35,753 nucleotides of DNA from a virus. Lineage: Duplodnaviria > Caudoviricetes. The DNA is taken from positions 1 to 35,753 of IMG/VR virus record IMGVR_UViG_3300017909_003568; one strand, given 5' to 3'. The translations under genes and the position numbers were made by a program. Each line of letters starts with the position of its first letter. Position 1 is the stretch's first letter. Shown here in pieces: positions 34,496 to 35,753 of this stretch. Below the pieces are notes generated by a model. It saw only the letters and a list, made by a program, of their open reading frames with translations. It was not told where the DNA came from and searched no databases.

Positions 34496-35753
34496 CTATA
34501 CGAATCCTAATAGTTCTACTTCTGCATTAATTTTACTGTTTACACTTCTTGCCGATATTGTAACAATACCATTTTCTTGGTTACTTGTATCGCTAAGTCC
34601 ACCACTATGAGCAGAATCATAATTAAAACTTGCTACAAATTCTGCATTAGCAGGACCTGTAAAGTCTAACATTCCTGTTTCATAGTTAATAGTACCTGTT
34701 GCCGAACCAACAATATTACCTTTACCATCATCATAAGCAAATGTTGCTTGATTCTTCATTTCAATATAAGTTGCTTTGTCAAATACTGTATCATCAGGTA
34801 GTAATGCTTCCACTGCACTTTCTATATCTCCAATAGCAGGAAATCTACCTACACCAAATGGTGTTGTTCCTGATCCTGGAGCAGCAAGTAATATTGCACT
34901 TGCTCTTGTTCTGTTACTTGAAGCAAATCTAACATCGCCATTTACAATACTTACAGTAACGCCTTTTTCAAATAAGTTTCCTGCTGTGTAGTATTGAGTG
35001 TCAAGTGCAGACTGAATCTTGCTTAAAACACCATTATTTCCACCAAATTTAGTATTACTAGCATCTGTTGTAAATGATAAATCAACAAACTCAGTACCAC
35101 CATCAACTGTTATGTTAAAAGCGTATGCTGTTGAAGCTGCAAGTCCTGATTCTGTGTTTGGCGTAATACCTGATAATCCAAACTCTTGATAACCATTATT
35201 GTAAAACTTCATAGCAAAAGAACCTTTAACTATACCTGTAGGATATGTCTTGCTTCTACCATAACCAAATAAATTATGTATTTTACATTTACCACTTTCA
35301 TTAGTTTGTGTATGTGTGAATTTATTGTAGTTAGAATAAGCATTAAAAAATGGAAATCTTATAACTGCATTATCAGAATGTGAAGCAGCAGTTGAGCCAT
35401 ACAATCCACGTCTAATAGTTAAATCATTAGTTGATATAGCAGTAACTTCTACTATTTCATCACCAAACCTTAATAAATCGCCAACTCTAAAGAAATCTCC
35501 ATCATCAACAGTAACTGATGTTACACTATCATTAATAGCACCATCTATTAATATATTACCTGCAACAGGTGCAGTAGCAGTAGCATATAAATTACCACTA
35601 TTTACATCATAACCACCTTTATTATCAATAGTTTTAGCATTACCAGCCGAAGCGTCTGCTGCATAACCTACCATATATTGATTTGGTATTACCATATACT
35701 CATTAGCACCTAATAGTTGTGTAATTCTTAAATCTTCTGTGTATTGGTCTATA
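34496..35753 (-). CDS. 3' part of the 504-aa virion structural protein (starts at 381)
   Basis: Beta-rich; YDDGKGNI and GTINYETG motifs; frame open to the window end. Confidence 0.85.
   Translation of the reverse strand, partial: IDQYTEDLRITQLLGANEYMVIPNQYMVGYAADASAGNAKTIDNKGGYDVNSGNLYATATAPVAGNILIDGAINDSVTSVTVDDGDFFRVGDLLRFGDEIVEVTAISTNDLTIRRGLYGSTAASHSDNAVIRFPFFNAYSNYNKFTHTQTNESGKCKIHNLFGYGRSKTYPTGIVKGSFAMKFYNNGYQEFGLSGITPNTESGLAASTAYAFNITVDGGTEFVDLSFTTDASNTKFGGNNGVLSKIQSALDTQYYTAGNLFEKGVTVSIVNGDVRFASSNRTRASAILLAAPGSGTTPFGVGRFPAIGDIESAVEALLPDDTVFDKATYIEMKNQATFAYDDGKGNIVGSATGTINYETGMLDFTGPANAEFVASFNYDSAHSGGLSDTSNQENGIVTISARSVNSKINAEVELLGFV
35630..35753. repeat. Terminal direct repeat, copy 2
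   Basis: Identical to 1-124. Confidence 0.95.

Noticed and set aside
1-35753. Stop-codon reassignment, tRNAs, CRISPR array, integrase or attP
   Set aside because: Core genes are intact under the standard code and all three stops end genes; no cloverleaf, repeat-spacer array or recombinase motif was seen

Overview
This window is an apparently complete, circularly permuted genome of a small AT-rich (about 30% GC by eye) long-tailed dsDNA phage (siphovirus-like). Bases 1-124 are identical to 35630-35753, giving a unit length of 35,629 bp, and one virion gene runs across the junction. Most virion genes are on the minus strand: TerS, scaffold, capsid, lysozyme, tail fibre, a cluster of very basic small proteins, adaptor, tail tube, chaperones with a -1 frameshift, tape measure and tail tip. 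A TerL-portal block and the early and DNA-metabolism genes are on the plus strand. I found no integrase, DNA polymerase, helicase, tRNA or CRISPR array. Main observations: (1) the 1256-aa tail-tip protein ends in a complete duplicated dockerin and is followed by a translationally coupled cohesin-like gene; (2) a textbook type I hammerhead ribozyme carries an SD-led mini-ORF across its cleavage site, just upstream of a Gp88-like gene; (3) the C5 DNA methyltransferase contains a nested alternative-frame gene with its own SD and has three TRD-like modules; (4) the degenerate palindrome SCWGATCWGS is strongly over-represented genome-wide; (5) the TerL-portal block is inverted relative to the canonical head-gene order. 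All family calls are by motif recognition only; no database searches were run.
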